Counted from the stretch's first letter, positions 48,872-60,380 are shown. The stretch: DNA of 64,000 nt from Elusimicrobiota bacterium (GCA_003452965.1 DMMW01000084.1:20-64019), one strand, 5' to 3'. Notes: generated by a model not told the origin, from the sequence alone. Translations and numbers: made by a program.

Positions 48872-50257
48872 ATGTTTAGGAAAAAATTTAAAAATATTCA
48901 TTTCATTGGAATCGGCGGTAGCGGGATGTCGGGGATAGCCGAAGTGCTTCTGAATTTGGAATTTAATGTTAGTGGCTCTGATTTGAAAGTAACCGATGTC
49001 ACAAAACGGCTTTCAAGGCTTGGGGCGGATATTAAAATAGGACATAAAAAAAGTAATATTGAAAATAAGAATATTGATGTTGTTGTTGCTTCCACTGCGG
49101 TAATTAAAGATAATCCGGAAGTTCTTGCTGCAATATCTCAAAAAATTCCTGTTATACCGCGAGCAGAGATGCTGGCTGAATTAATGCGTTTAAAGTATTC
49201 TATAGCAATAGCGGGATGTCACGGAAAGACTACAACAACATCTATGGCTTCATTAATTCTGGCAAATGCCGGATTGGACCCGACGGTTGTTATTGGTGGA
49301 AGATTCAATAATTTCGGTACAGGTGCAAAATTAGGGAAAGGCGAATATTTAGTTGCTGAAGCAGATGAATCAGACGGCTCGTTTTTAAAACTATTTCCTA
49401 CGTTTGCTGTTGTAACTAATATAGATGATGACCATCTTGATTATTATGGTTCTCTTGAAAATATTAAATCAGCTTTTGTTGAGTTTATAAATAAAATCCC
49501 TTTTTACGGATGTGCAATATTATGTAATGATGATGAAAACCTTAAGAGTATAATACACAAAATTTCAAGAAAGTACTATACATATGGTTTTAATGATTCG
49601 GCAGATTTTAAAGCGGAGAATATTAAACCAACCATAATGGGCAGCAGGTTTGACGTTTCTTTTCACAGCAAAAAATTGGGAACAATTGAACTAAAAGTTC
49701 CGGGTAGGCATAATATTTTAAATGCACTTGCAAGTATTATATGCGGATATGAACTTGAAATAAAATTTTCAAAAATTAGGAATGCTTTATTAGAATTCAG
49801 TGGTGTCGGCCGTCGTTTGGAAAAAAGAGGTAGTTATAAAAATGTCTTATTTTTGGACGATTACGGACATCATCCAACCGAAATAAAGGCGACGTTATCG
49901 GCGATTAGGTCAATAAATATGCACAGAAGGCTTTTTGTGCTGTTTCAACCGCATAGATATACAAGAACTCAATTATTGAAAGATAAATTCGGGAAGGTGT
50001 TTGATGATGCAGATGTAATAAGAATACTTGATATTTATGCTGCAAGCGAAAAGCCGATTCCGGGAATTTCATCGCAAACAATAATTGATTCAATCAGGAC
50101 TAATAACGGGAGCAAGGATTTAACTAAATTTAGTGATATAAAAAATACAGTCAAAGAAATAAAAGATGGTGATGTTATAGTTACGCTCGGAGCAGGCGAT
50201 ATTTGGAAGAAGGGCGACGAGATTCTAAAGATTTTAAATGAAAATAAACCGTTTTGA
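48872..50257 (+). CDS. murC: UDP-N-acetylmuramate--L-alanine ligase
   Basis: IHFIGIGGSGMSGIAEVL N-terminus, Mur ligase central and C-terminal domains. Confidence 0.92.
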   Translation: MFRKKFKNIHFIGIGGSGMSGIAEVLLNLEFNVSGSDLKVTDVTKRLSRLGADIKIGHKKSNIENKNIDVVVASTAVIKDNPEVLAAISQKIPVIPRAEMLAELMRLKYSIAIAGCHGKTTTTSMASLILANAGLDPTVVIGGRFNNFGTGAKLGKGEYLVAEADESDGSFLKLFPTFAVVTNIDDDHLDYYGSLENIKSAFVEFINKIPFYGCAILCNDDENLKSIIHKISRKYYTYGFNDSADFKAENIKPTIMGSRFDVSFHSKKLGTIELKVPGRHNILNALASIICGYELEIKFSKIRNALLEFSGVGRRLEKRGSYKNVLFLDDYGHHPTEIKATLSAIRSINMHRRLFVLFQPHRYTRTQLLKDKFGKVFDDADVIRILDIYAASEKPIPGISSQTIIDSIRTNNGSKDLTKFSDIKNTVKEIKDGDVIVTLGAGDIWKKGDEILKILNENKPF

Positions 50258-51137
50258 AATTTCCGAATTTTTAACCGGAAAAATAATCCAAAATGAATCA
50301 ATGAGCAGGCATACTACATTTCGCATAGGCGGATGTTGTGATTTGTATGTAGAAGTTAAAACTGTTGATGAATTAAAAAATCTGATAAAATATATCAGAA
50401 AAAAAAGGATTCCATATTTTATTTTGGGTGCAGGGTCAAATCTATTGGTTAAAGACAATGGGATTAAGGGAATTGTAATTAAATTAGCAGGCGATTTCAG
50501 TAAAGTAGAATTTGATTTTAAGAGAAAGGTAGTGAAAGCAGGTAGCAGCTGTTCATTGCAGGGATTAATTAAAAAATGTCGTGATAATTCTTTGGGCGGA
50601 ATGGAGTTCCTGGCAGGAATACCGGGTACTGTTGGCGGTGCTGTTGTAATGAATGCAGGTACGACGCAGGGCAATATCGGTTCGATAGTCAAATCGGCTG
50701 CATTGATGGACGATAAAGGGAAAATAAGTTTAATTGACAAAAGCAGGCTTAAATTTTCATACAGGAGTTCAAATATTAAGGAAAAAGGAATAGTTTTATT
50801 TGTTGAATTGATGTTGAAAAAAATGAATAAAAGTAATATAATGAAAAATTCAGATGAAGTTAAAATGTATCGTGCAAAAACACAGCCAATAGGCGAGTTT
50901 AATGCCGGATGCATTTTTAAAAATCCGGCAGGCGATTTTGCGGCTAGGCTTATAGATGACGCAGGGTTAAAAGGAATATCTGTAGGCGGTGCCGTTGTTT
51001 CTAATAAGCATGCCAATTATATAAACAACAGCGGGAATGCTTCTGCAAACGATGTTTTAAGGTTAATAAGCAAAATAAGGAAAAAAGTAAAAGAAAAATA
51101 TAATAAAAAATTGGAATTGGAAATAAAAGTAGTATAG
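50238..51137 (+). CDS. murB: UDP-N-acetylenolpyruvoylglucosamine reductase
   Basis: FAD-binding TTFRIGG and ILGAGSNLL motifs. Confidence 0.9.
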   Translation: MKINRFEISEFLTGKIIQNESMSRHTTFRIGGCCDLYVEVKTVDELKNLIKYIRKKRIPYFILGAGSNLLVKDNGIKGIVIKLAGDFSKVEFDFKRKVVKAGSSCSLQGLIKKCRDNSLGGMEFLAGIPGTVGGAVVMNAGTTQGNIGSIVKSAALMDDKGKISLIDKSRLKFSYRSSNIKEKGIVLFVELMLKKMNKSNIMKNSDEVKMYRAKTQPIGEFNAGCIFKNPAGDFAARLIDDAGLKGISVGGAVVSNKHANYINNSGNASANDVLRLISKIRKKVKEKYNKKLELEIKVV

Positions 51138-51139
51138 CT

Positions 51140-52051
51140 ATGAAAATTAAGCGGATAGGTGTCATATACGGTGGAAAATCTTCTGAAAGAGAGATTTCTC
51201 TTAAAACAGGAACTGCAATTGCAAAGGCGTTGAAAGAAGAATATTATTCTGTTATTCTTTTAGATTCCGGTAAAGCTGATTTTGTAAAAAAAATTCTAAA
51301 GTCAAAAATTGATTTTGCTTTTATAGCTTTGCATGGTCCAGGCGGTGAAGACGGTTCTATGCAAGGTTTTCTTGAAACATTGGATATCCCGTATAACGGC
51401 TGCGGGGTTTTGGCATCTGCAGTATCAATGGATAAAATATATTCAAAGAAAATATTTGAATATGAAAATATTCCGACACCGGAATGGTATGTAATATCTT
51501 TGAACACCCCGTTTTTAGATTCTCGCTTTTCGTTTCCAGTTATCGTAAAACCGGCTAGGCAGGGTTCTGCAATAGGTATTAATATTGCAAGAAAAAAAAC
51601 GGAATTAAAAAGGGCTATTAAGGAAGCATTAAAATATGATAGTGAAGTTATTATTGAACAGTATATTGAGGGCAAAGAAGTTACGGTTGCAATTTTGGGT
51701 GATAGGGCACTTACTCCGATAGAAATTATTCCTAAGAATGAATTTTACGATTTTTACTCTAAATATTCTGCAGGCGGTTCCGAGCATCTTGTACCCGCGA
51801 GACTATCGGATAAGATTTCCAAAAAGGCAATGGAAATAGGACTAAGGGCGCACAAATCACTTGGTTGTAAGGCGGTATCCCGCATTGACATGATTATTGA
51901 TAAAAGAAATAATATATATGTTTTAGAAGTTAACACTATTCCTGGAATGACAAATACATCTCTACTTCCGGATGCAGCCAAATATGAGGGAATATCGTTC
52001 GGGAAATTATTAAAAAATATAATTTATTATTCATTAAATGAAAAAATATAG
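51140..52051 (+). CDS. ddl: D-alanine--D-alanine ligase
   Basis: IGVIYGGKSSEREISL N-terminus, ATP-grasp domain. Confidence 0.9.
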   Translation: MKIKRIGVIYGGKSSEREISLKTGTAIAKALKEEYYSVILLDSGKADFVKKILKSKIDFAFIALHGPGGEDGSMQGFLETLDIPYNGCGVLASAVSMDKIYSKKIFEYENIPTPEWYVISLNTPFLDSRFSFPVIVKPARQGSAIGINIARKKTELKRAIKEALKYDSEVIIEQYIEGKEVTVAILGDRALTPIEIIPKNEFYDFYSKYSAGGSEHLVPARLSDKISKKAMEIGLRAHKSLGCKAVSRIDMIIDKRNNIYVLEVNTIPGMTNTSLLPDAAKYEGISFGKLLKNIIYYSLNEKI

Positions 52052-52802
52052 AAGAAGAATACGATTAAAAACAAAGATAGAAAAAGGCAGAAAATATAAA
52101 AATATAGTTGTATGGACAACCTTAATTCTCGGGACATCATTCCTCTTAAGTATTGCCGTCAATAAAACTTCAAAATATTTGTTGACATCTTCATATTTTA
52201 ATGTAAAATCTATAGAGATAAAAGGGAATAATATTATTGAAAAAAATGCAATTCTTGAATATTTGAATCTTTACAATAAAAATATATTTAAATCAAAGTT
52301 GAATAAATATGAATTGCAACTAAAAGAGAAGTTTTTGGCAGTGAAAGACGTTTATATCAGACGGAGGATTCCGAACAGGATTGTTGTAAATATTATTGAA
52401 AGAATACCACTGGCTGAATACAAGGCATTTGATAAAAGGATAGGGATAGACGAGTATTTGAAATTGTTTGTTTTACCGGGAAGTTACGCTATATTGCCGA
52501 AGATTTCGGAAAATTTGAACGAGGAAAACAAAGCAGCATGTATAAGTTTTCTTAAGAATGTAATTGGTTTTCCTATATACAAAAAAATTAAAGCCGTAAC
52601 GTCAACTGCTACGGATGATGTGATTTTTTTTCTTGAGGATAATTGCAAAGTATGTGTCGGTATGCCCGATAATATAGATTTTAAAATAAATTATCTTGAA
52701 AAGGTTTTTTCCGATTTGGAAACAAAAGGGAAAAAAGCGGAATATGTCAATATGAGGGATTTTTCCGAAGATTACAAGGAAATTATTGTTAAAACTAATT
52801 GA
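52038..52802 (+). CDS. ftsQ: cell division protein FtsQ/DivIB-like (POTRA)
   Basis: Single N-terminal TM, POTRA-like region, position between ddl and ftsA. Confidence 0.7.
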   Translation: MKKYRRRIRLKTKIEKGRKYKNIVVWTTLILGTSFLLSIAVNKTSKYLLTSSYFNVKSIEIKGNNIIEKNAILEYLNLYNKNIFKSKLNKYELQLKEKFLAVKDVYIRRRIPNRIVVNIIERIPLAEYKAFDKRIGIDEYLKLFVLPGSYAILPKISENLNEENKAACISFLKNVIGFPIYKKIKAVTSTATDDVIFFLEDNCKVCVGMPDNIDFKINYLEKVFSDLETKGKKAEYVNMRDFSEDYKEIIVKTN

Positions 52803-52930
52803 CCATGCTATAAACGTGGAAAAAATCTATAATTTTGAAGTCAAAGATTATAAAAAATTCAAGTAAAAAGTTTAAAAGAAAATTTAATTTTGGTCGTTAT
52901 TTTACTTTTTCTTCATTTTGAGGTGTTTTT

Positions 52931-54163
52931 ATGGCGAGGGAAAAAATTGTTGCCGGTCTTGATGTAGGTTCATCAAAGGTAACCTGTGCAATTGCAAGAA
53001 AAGACGGTTCAGATATACCGGAAATTATAAGTATTGCCACTGCACAATGCAAAGGTTTAAGGCAGGGTACTGTTGTCAATATTAGAGAAACAGAAACAGC
53101 TATTACTACCGCTGTGGAACAGGCGGAAGAAATTGCAAATGAGAAAATAGATGATGATGAAGTTATAGTAAGTATAAAAGGTCAGCATGTTGAGTCCCTA
53201 AATCATTCAAGTGCTATAGGCGTTACGAGAACAGATAAAGAAATTATTATTGATGATGTTCTACAGGTTATGTCTTCTGCAAAGGCCATACGGCTTGGCA
53301 ATGACAAAGAAATAATACATATTATTCCTCAGGAGTTTATAGTTGACGGTCAGAGAGGCATAATAGATCCCGTTGGTTTAGAGGGTTCGCATTTAGAGGT
53401 TAATGTTCACATAGTGATAGGATTAACTTCCGCAATTAACAATTTGGGGAAATGCGTGAGTAATGCAGGGTTTGTATGTAAAAACTTTGTGTCAAGCATT
53501 CTTGCTTCCGGTGAGGTTATAGTTTCTCCTGAGGAAAAAGATATCGGTTGTGTATTGATTGATATGGGTGCTCAGACGACCGATATTGCAATTTATCTTG
53601 ACGGTTCCAGCAAATGTGTTAAAGAAATATCGCTCGGAGGGGATAGTATAACCATGGATCTAGCAAGGGGGTTAGGTACCTCTTTCCATGTTGCGCAGGA
53701 TTTGAAAGAGCGGTACGGTTCTGCAATTACTTCACTAATAGACGGGAAAGAGGATGTTACATATATCTCTGTAGATGGCAGGACACAGAAGAAAATTACA
53801 AAAAAAGCTATATGTGATATTATAAGACCGAGGCTTGAAGAGATTCTATCGTTTGTCAATGATGCTATAGATAAAACACAGTATCGTGATGTTATATCTG
53901 CAGGTGCGATTATTACCGGCGGTGGTTGTCAGCTTCTGGGTATGAGAGAGGCAGGAGAAGAAGTTCTGCAGATGCAGACGCGGATTGGTATCCCGCAGTA
54001 TATTAGGGGTTCTATAAATGGCATAAATAATCCTTCATATGCTTCGGCATTAGGACTATTAAAGTATTCTTGCATATCCGATTTTGAAAAATCAAGTAGA
54101 TATACTGTAAAAAAATCCGGCGTTGTTACAAAAATCAAAAAGATGTTTGAAGACATGATATGA
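52931..54163 (+). CDS. ftsA: cell division protein FtsA
   Basis: Actin-like ATPase motifs (GLDVGSSKV, DIG at the phosphate-2 loop). Confidence 0.9.
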   Translation: MAREKIVAGLDVGSSKVTCAIARKDGSDIPEIISIATAQCKGLRQGTVVNIRETETAITTAVEQAEEIANEKIDDDEVIVSIKGQHVESLNHSSAIGVTRTDKEIIIDDVLQVMSSAKAIRLGNDKEIIHIIPQEFIVDGQRGIIDPVGLEGSHLEVNVHIVIGLTSAINNLGKCVSNAGFVCKNFVSSILASGEVIVSPEEKDIGCVLIDMGAQTTDIAIYLDGSSKCVKEISLGGDSITMDLARGLGTSFHVAQDLKERYGSAITSLIDGKEDVTYISVDGRTQKKITKKAICDIIRPRLEEILSFVNDAIDKTQYRDVISAGAIITGGGCQLLGMREAGEEVLQMQTRIGIPQYIRGSINGINNPSYASALGLLKYSCISDFEKSSRYTVKKSGVVTKIKKMFEDMI

Positions 54164-54297
54164 TTGTTAAAAAACAATCAATGATTGCACAGATGAACAA
54201 CAAGATTACACAGATTAGAGCATGTAGTTAAATATTTGTAATTGTCTTTAAAAATCTGTGTAATCGCTTTTTGAAATCTGTGTAATCTGGAGTTCAA

Positions 54298-55389
54298 ATG
54301 AAATTTAAGATTATTGATAATCAGCAAACTATGCCTGCAAACATAAAAGTTATCGGTGTCGGTGGCGGCGGAAGTAACGCTGTTAATTTGATGGTAGTTT
54401 CAAATATAAAAGGTGTACAGTTCATAGCTGCTAATACCGATTCCGATGCATTAAAAAAATCTATTGCGGAACATAAAATCCAATTAGGACCGAAGTTGAC
54501 CAAGGGTCAGGGGTCAGGTGCTAAACCCGAAATTGGCAAGCAAGCAACTGAAGAGAGCGCTTCAACTGTAGAACAGATATTGCTCGGAACCGACATGTTG
54601 TTTATTACAGCTGGTATGGGCGGCGGCACAGGCACCGGCGGGGCTCCAGTAGTTGCAAAAGTTGCAAAATCTTTGGGTATACTTACGGTTGGTATAGTTA
54701 CAAAGCCGTTTATGTGGGAAGGCAAAGTTAAAATGGCCATAGCTGAGGAAGGTATAAAAGAACTCAAAGCGTATACGGATGCTCTTATTGAAATACCGAA
54801 TCAAAGATTATTTTCTATAATAGACGAAGATACGCTTGCAACACAGACATTTGAAAAGGCTAATGAAGTCCTTAAAAAAGCTGTACAGTCAATATCCGAT
54901 GTTATTACTTCCCATGGTATGATAAATGTTGATTTTCAAGATGTAAAAACGATAATGAGCAATACCGGTGATGCATTACTCGGTTTTGGTGAAGCATCCG
55001 GTGAAGACAGGGCGATGGTTGCAACAAAGATGGCTATTACAAGTCCGTTATTGGAAGATATAAGTATTGACGGGGCAAAGGGAGTATTGGTCAATATCAC
55101 CGGTAATAGTCAGGATTTAAAAATGTCTGAGATAGATACCGCAATGTCGATAATCCACAGTGCAGTTTCACCTGAGGCGCATCTGATATATGGGCAGGTA
55201 TATGATGATGAATTAGATAATAAATTTAAAATAACGGTTATAGCAACAGGATTTTTGGGCGATAAGAAACTGATTAAACAGAAAAGGGCGGAGTATACGG
55301 AAGAAAAAAAGGTAAATAGTTTTTTACCGGATAAAGAGAATCTTGAAATACCAGCTTATAAAAGAATAAAAGTGCGTAAGTTGAGATAG
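54298..55389 (+). CDS. ftsZ: cell division GTPase FtsZ
   Basis: GVGGGGSNAVN tubulin signature and GGGTGTG. Confidence 0.95.
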   Translation: MKFKIIDNQQTMPANIKVIGVGGGGSNAVNLMVVSNIKGVQFIAANTDSDALKKSIAEHKIQLGPKLTKGQGSGAKPEIGKQATEESASTVEQILLGTDMLFITAGMGGGTGTGGAPVVAKVAKSLGILTVGIVTKPFMWEGKVKMAIAEEGIKELKAYTDALIEIPNQRLFSIIDEDTLATQTFEKANEVLKKAVQSISDVITSHGMINVDFQDVKTIMSNTGDALLGFGEASGEDRAMVATKMAITSPLLEDISIDGAKGVLVNITGNSQDLKMSEIDTAMSIIHSAVSPEAHLIYGQVYDDELDNKFKITVIATGFLGDKKLIKQKRAEYTEEKKVNSFLPDKENLEIPAYKRIKVRKLR

Positions 55390-55497
55390 GATTTTTTAAA
55401 GAGAAGCAATGTAAAATGTAAAATTAAAAATGAAAAATGGATGAATAAAATCTTAATTTTGAATTTTTAATTTTTAATTGTTTTTAAAGGAGTATTT

Positions 55498-56580
55498 ATG
55501 GAAGAACTTGATGAATTACTTAGAAACATGATTAACACGAAGGCATCTGATTTACATGTAAGGTCTGCAACCAGTTCTGTATATCGTATTGAAGGCAAAA
55601 TTAAGCCCATAGCGGATAAGATTTTCAGTTTAGAGCAAGTTGAAAAGATGGCGTATTCTATGATGAATGAAAAACAACGCGAAATATTTTCCAGAAGAGG
55701 CGAATGCGATTTGTCATATTCCATATATGGAGTGGGAAGATTCAGGGGGAATATTTATCGTCAAAGGGGAAGTATTAATATTGCATTGAGGTTTGTTCCG
55801 ACGGATATACCTTCTTTTGAAGCGTTAAATTTACCTACTGTCATAAAAAAAATAGCCGATAATCATAGGGGAATAGTGCTTGTTACCGGTACGACAGGTT
55901 GCGGGAAATCAACAACACTTGCATCAATGATAGATTATATAAATTCAACAAGATCGGTGCACATTATCACTCTTGAAGATCCGATAGAATTTTTGCATAA
56001 AGACAAACTTTCCGTTGTATCGCAAAGAGAACTTGGAATGGATACGACTTCATATCTTGAGGCGTTAAAGCACATTGTAAGGCAGGATCCCGATGTAATT
56101 TTAATTGGTGAAATGCGAGATACTGAAACCATGTCTGCGGCATTAACCGCCGCACAAACGGGGCATCTTGTACTATCAACGATACATACTATTGATGCGA
56201 TACAAACAGTAACAAGAATTGTGGATATGTTTCCACCGCATCATCAGAACCAGATAAGACTACAACTTTCCGATACATTAAAGGGAGTTATATCTCAACG
56301 ACTCCTGCAAAATGTTAAGGGTGGTATGATACCTGCTTGTGAAGTGCTTGTTGTTACGGCATTAATCAAAAAATTTATAGAACAAAATACGATAGGCGAG
56401 ATATTGCAGACAGTAAAACAGGGCGCCTATTATGGCATGCAGACGTTTAATCAGGCGTTATTAAACCTTTATAACGGTGGAAATGTTTCACTTGAAGATG
56501 CTTTATCCGCTGCAACAAATCCAGAAGAATTAATGATGAATATTCGCGGGATAACTACTGAAAGCGGTGCCTTGATATAA
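55498..56580 (+). CDS. pilT: type IV pilus retraction ATPase PilT
   Basis: Walker A GTTGCGKST, Asp box, His box and the AIRNLIRE-like motif of the PilT family. Confidence 0.85.
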   Translation: MEELDELLRNMINTKASDLHVRSATSSVYRIEGKIKPIADKIFSLEQVEKMAYSMMNEKQREIFSRRGECDLSYSIYGVGRFRGNIYRQRGSINIALRFVPTDIPSFEALNLPTVIKKIADNHRGIVLVTGTTGCGKSTTLASMIDYINSTRSVHIITLEDPIEFLHKDKLSVVSQRELGMDTTSYLEALKHIVRQDPDVILIGEMRDTETMSAALTAAQTGHLVLSTIHTIDAIQTVTRIVDMFPPHHQNQIRLQLSDTLKGVISQRLLQNVKGGMIPACEVLVVTALIKKFIEQNTIGEILQTVKQGAYYGMQTFNQALLNLYNGGNVSLEDALSAATNPEELMMNIRGITTESGALI

Positions 56581-56583
56581 TTA

Positions 56584-57222
56584 ATGTGGAATTTAAAAAA
56601 CGGTTTATACATTGAAGAAGAGTTTACGAAAAACAATATATTGAATTTTACTACCACAACTTTGTACGGTGATTTAAAGTTAGAAAAAAATCGCAATGAG
56701 TTTTTGGAAAAACAGTTTGGCATAAAAAATATTGTTTATGGAATTCAAACACATAGCGATAATATAGAAATTGTTTCAGAAAAAGATGTAAATAACAGAT
56801 TTTATGCAGTGGATGGCTTTATAACAGACAAAAAAAATATCCCGATTGCTGTTTTTACCGCGGATTGTTTGCCGGTATTCATTTATGATGAAATAAAAAA
56901 AATAATCGGAATCGTGCATGCCGGGCGATTGGGATTAGAAAAGGGGATAATAGGGAAATCTATCAATATCCTAAAAGAAAAGTTCAATTCTAAAACCAAA
57001 AATATTTTAGTTGCCGTAGGACCGCATATAAAAAAATGTTGTTATAATGTTGATTTACAAGAAATTGCAAAAAAACAAATTATTAAAACAGGTATGAACA
57101 GAATAAGTTTTACAGATGTTTGCACCCATGAAGATGATTTTTTTTCTTATAGAAAAGATAAAACAGAAAAAAGAATGTTATCGTTAATAATGATAGGAGG
57201 TTCGGGCATAAATGATAGATAA
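56584..57222 (+). CDS. YfiH/PgeF (DUF152) purine nucleoside phosphorylase / laccase-domain protein
   Basis: TADCLPV and GIVHAGRLG motifs. Confidence 0.8.
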   Translation: MWNLKNGLYIEEEFTKNNILNFTTTTLYGDLKLEKNRNEFLEKQFGIKNIVYGIQTHSDNIEIVSEKDVNNRFYAVDGFITDKKNIPIAVFTADCLPVFIYDEIKKIIGIVHAGRLGLEKGIIGKSINILKEKFNSKTKNILVAVGPHIKKCCYNVDLQEIAKKQIIKTGMNRISFTDVCTHEDDFFSYRKDKTEKRMLSLIMIGGSGINDR

Positions 57223-58273
57223 AATCAGGAAAAGAATCGACAATATAGACGAAAAAATATTAAATCTTCTTAATGAAAGAATAAAAATGGCTATTGAAGT
57301 AGGAAAAATCAAGTCCAGAAAGAACGAAACGGTATTCGTGCCTGTTAGAGAAAAAGAAATTATTTCAAATTTAATAAAAAATAATAAAGGACCTATGCCT
57401 AATGAATATCTATCGGATGTTTTTCGGGAAATATTGAATGTTTCGCGTACCATGCAAAGAAAAATAAAAATATCATATTTCGGACCGGAAGCGACCTTTA
57501 CACATCTTGCTGCAATTAAAGTATTCGGTAAACATGTTGACTATATTCCCGTAGAATCAATAAAGGATGTCTTTATAGAAATTGAAAAGGGAAGAGCGGA
57601 ATATGGGGTGGTACCCATAGAGAATTCTACAGAAGGGATTGTCAATCATACGCTGGATATGTTTATAGATTCTGATTTGAAAATTACTTCGGAAATATTT
57701 TTGGAAATATCGCATTATTTATTATCCAGAGAATCGGATATAAAAAAAATAACAAAAGTTTATTCTCACCCTCAAGCGATAGCACAGACAAGAAATTGGT
57801 TGGATAAGAATCTTAGGAATATAAAGGTTATTGAAGTCGCGTCCACATCCGAAGCCGCACGTTTAGCTAAGAACGAAAAAAATACCGCTGCTATTGCTTC
57901 AAGTGTAGCTAGTGAAATATACGGACTTAATATCCTTTCAAGAAATATAGAAGACAACAAAAACAACTACACGAGGTTTTTAATTATAAGCAAGAAAAAT
58001 CCGTCTTCTTCGGGAAAGGATAAAACTTCAATTATGTTTTCGGTAAAGGACCGTGTCGGTGCGTTGCACGACATGCTAGTTCCTTTCAAGAAATATAAGT
58101 TGAATTTGACAAAAATTGAATCAAGACCTACAAAAAGAAAAGCATGGGAATATATCTTCTTTGTTGATTTTATAGGGCATATAGATAATACAAATGTTAA
58201 AAAAGCGTTGTCCGAATTGGAAAGAGGTTGTACAATCCTGAAGGTTCTTGGCTCATACCCAATTGGGGAATAA
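57212..58273 (+). CDS. pheA: bifunctional chorismate mutase / prephenate dehydratase (CM-PDT-ACT)
   Basis: CM helix RIDNIDEKILNLLNER, PDT ISYFGPEATFTH, C-terminal ACT. Confidence 0.85.
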   Translation: MIDKIRKRIDNIDEKILNLLNERIKMAIEVGKIKSRKNETVFVPVREKEIISNLIKNNKGPMPNEYLSDVFREILNVSRTMQRKIKISYFGPEATFTHLAAIKVFGKHVDYIPVESIKDVFIEIEKGRAEYGVVPIENSTEGIVNHTLDMFIDSDLKITSEIFLEISHYLLSRESDIKKITKVYSHPQAIAQTRNWLDKNLRNIKVIEVASTSEAARLAKNEKNTAAIASSVASEIYGLNILSRNIEDNKNNYTRFLIISKKNPSSSGKDKTSIMFSVKDRVGALHDMLVPFKKYKLNLTKIESRPTKRKAWEYIFFVDFIGHIDNTNVKKALSELERGCTILKVLGSYPIGE

Positions 58274-58275
58274 AT

Positions 58276-59370
58276 ATGAAAGATTTAGTCAGGAAAAATA
58301 TTTTAAATTTTCAGCCGTATATACCCGGTAAGCCGATTGAAGACGTGAAAAGGGAACTAAAGCTTAAGGAAGTCATAAAACTTGCATCAAACGAAAATTC
58401 TTTAGGTCCGTCTAAAAAAGCGGTTTCTGAGATTAAAAAAATGCTTGATAAAATAAGTATTTATCCGGATGGCTACTGTTTTGAATTAAGGAAGAAAATC
58501 GCAAATATTTACAAAGTATCGGAAAACCAGGTTATATTCGGTAACGGTACCGATGAAATAATAGAGCTTGCCGGTAAAACATTTTTAAATCCGGAAGATG
58601 AAATAGTTGTTTCAGAGCATGCATTTATCAGATATAAAATGGCCGGTGATTTAATGGGTTGTAAAGTAATAGAAGTCCCGATGAGGGATTATAAGCATGA
58701 TTTAGAAGCAATGGCAAATTCCGTAACCAAAAATACTAAGATTGTTTTTATTGCCAATCCGAACAATCCGACAGGGACATATAACAGCGAAAAAGAATTT
58801 GAAAATTATTATTCAATAATTGCATCTAAAAATTCGGGTGTTTTAACTTTCATTGATGAGGCATATGCCGAGTATGTTGGCGAAACGGATTATATTTCAG
58901 GAATTGATTATTTGAAAAATGGTAAGAATGTAATATTTTCAAGAACTTTTTCAAAAATATATGGGCTAGCCGGTTTGAGGATTGGCTATGCTATCGGAAC
59001 TCCCGAGATAATATCTTATATAGAACGGATAAGGCCACCATTTAATGTATCTTCAGTTGCTCAGATGGGAGCTATCGCATCTTTGGACGATAAACGACAT
59101 CTGGGAAAATCCAAGCAATTGGTGTTTGAACAAAAAAAATATCTTTACGGGGAACTTAAAAAAATCGGGTTACAGTATATTTCTTCTTCAGCAAACTTTA
59201 TTCTGATTGATATGAAAAAAGATGGAAAAATTATTTTTCAAGAACTTTTAAACAGAGGAGTCATAGTAAGGGCGATGGGTGAATATGGATTTAGGAATTT
59301 TATAAGAGTCACAATAGGAACTCAAAAAGAAAATAAGAAATTCATCAAGGAGGTCAAAGAAATTTTATGA
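58276..59370 (+). CDS. hisC: histidinol-phosphate / aromatic aminotransferase (class II PLP)
   Basis: Fold-type I PLP lysine context ([17 protein letters not shown]); embedded in the aromatic cluster. Confidence 0.8.
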   Translation: MKDLVRKNILNFQPYIPGKPIEDVKRELKLKEVIKLASNENSLGPSKKAVSEIKKMLDKISIYPDGYCFELRKKIANIYKVSENQVIFGNGTDEIIELAGKTFLNPEDEIVVSEHAFIRYKMAGDLMGCKVIEVPMRDYKHDLEAMANSVTKNTKIVFIANPNNPTGTYNSEKEFENYYSIIASKNSGVLTFIDEAYAEYVGETDYISGIDYLKNGKNVIFSRTFSKIYGLAGLRIGYAIGTPEIISYIERIRPPFNVSSVAQMGAIASLDDKRHLGKSKQLVFEQKKYLYGELKKIGLQYISSSANFILIDMKKDGKIIFQELLNRGVIVRAMGEYGFRNFIRVTIGTQKENKKFIKEVKEIL

Positions 59371-60380
59371 TTCTGACATTAAAACCAAATACATCAAAAA
59401 AAGAAATAGATGTAATCGTCAAAAAAATTGAAGAATTGGGATTTAAGCCCCATATATCCCGTGGTAAAGAGGTTGTAGTTATCGGTGTAGTAGGTCAAAA
59501 TGCTATACTGAAAAAGGATATTTTTGGTGCAATGGATGCTGTTGCGTTTATAACACCTATATCAAAACCATATAAATTAGTAAGTCGTGAATTTAAAAAA
59601 GAAAATACAGTAATCAAAATCAATAATATTAAAATCGGCGGCAAAGAAATACTTATTGCGGCAGGTCCATGCTCAGTTGAAACTAAGGAATTGCTTCTTG
59701 AAATAGCGGAAGATGCAAAAGAATCAGGCGCAAAAATGATAAGAGGTGGTGCATTTAAGCCGCGGACATCACCATACGCTTTTCAGGGATTGGGAGAGCG
59801 GGGACTGAAATACCTTGCTGAAGCAAGAAAAAAAACAGGTCTTTATGTAATTACTGAAGTAATGAATGTAAAACAGGTTGATGTTGTTTCCAAATACGCT
59901 GATATTATACAGATTGGCGCCAGGAATATGCAGAATTATGATTTATTAAAAGAAGTCGGTAAAGTTAAAAAACCGGTATTGCTTAAAAGAGGTTTTTCTG
60001 CAACAATAGAAGAGTTTTTAATGTCAGCCGAATATATAATGTCAAACGGTAATTATAATGTAATTTTATGTGAAAGGGGCATAAGAACATTTGAGACATC
60101 CACAAGATTTACGCTTGATTTGAATGCTATACCAGTAATAAAAAAGCTTTCTCATCTTCCGGTATTTGTTGACCCGTCACATGGCGTAGGTGTAAGAGAG
60201 TATATACCTGCAATGAGCAAGGCTGCGATTGCATGCGGTGCGGACGGTTTATTGATTGAAATCCATCCTCATCCCGAAAAAGCATTTTCAGACGGTCCAC
60301 AATCGTTATTGCCAAAGCAGTTTAGTAATATGATGAAAGAATTAAAATTAGTTGCGGAATCTGTCGGCAGGGGATTATGA
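59367..60380 (+). CDS. aroF: 3-deoxy-7-phosphoheptulonate (DAHP) synthase, type I-beta with N-terminal regulatory domain
   Basis: N-terminal ferredoxin-like domain as in the Thermotoga-type enzyme; catalytic barrel motifs (KPRTSPY, GARN.QN, VDPSH). Confidence 0.8.
   Translation: MILTLKPNTSKKEIDVIVKKIEELGFKPHISRGKEVVVIGVVGQNAILKKDIFGAMDAVAFITPISKPYKLVSREFKKENTVIKINNIKIGGKEILIAAGPCSVETKELLLEIAEDAKESGAKMIRGGAFKPRTSPYAFQGLGERGLKYLAEARKKTGLYVITEVMNVKQVDVVSKYADIIQIGARNMQNYDLLKEVGKVKKPVLLKRGFSATIEEFLMSAEYIMSNGNYNVILCERGIRTFETSTRFTLDLNAIPVIKKLSHLPVFVDPSHGVGVREYIPAMSKAAIACGADGLLIEIHPHPEKAFSDGPQSLLPKQFSNMMKELKLVAESVGRGL

Noticed and set aside
50234-51016. 260-aa minus-strand ORF, plus similar ones at 61892-62581, 8733-9371, 20390-20893 and 45227-45763
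   Set aside because: Each is exactly antisense to a strongly supported + strand gene (murB, aroA, coaC, rpe, REase start). Translations are low-complexity with no motifs. These are typical shadow ORFs of codon-biased genes.
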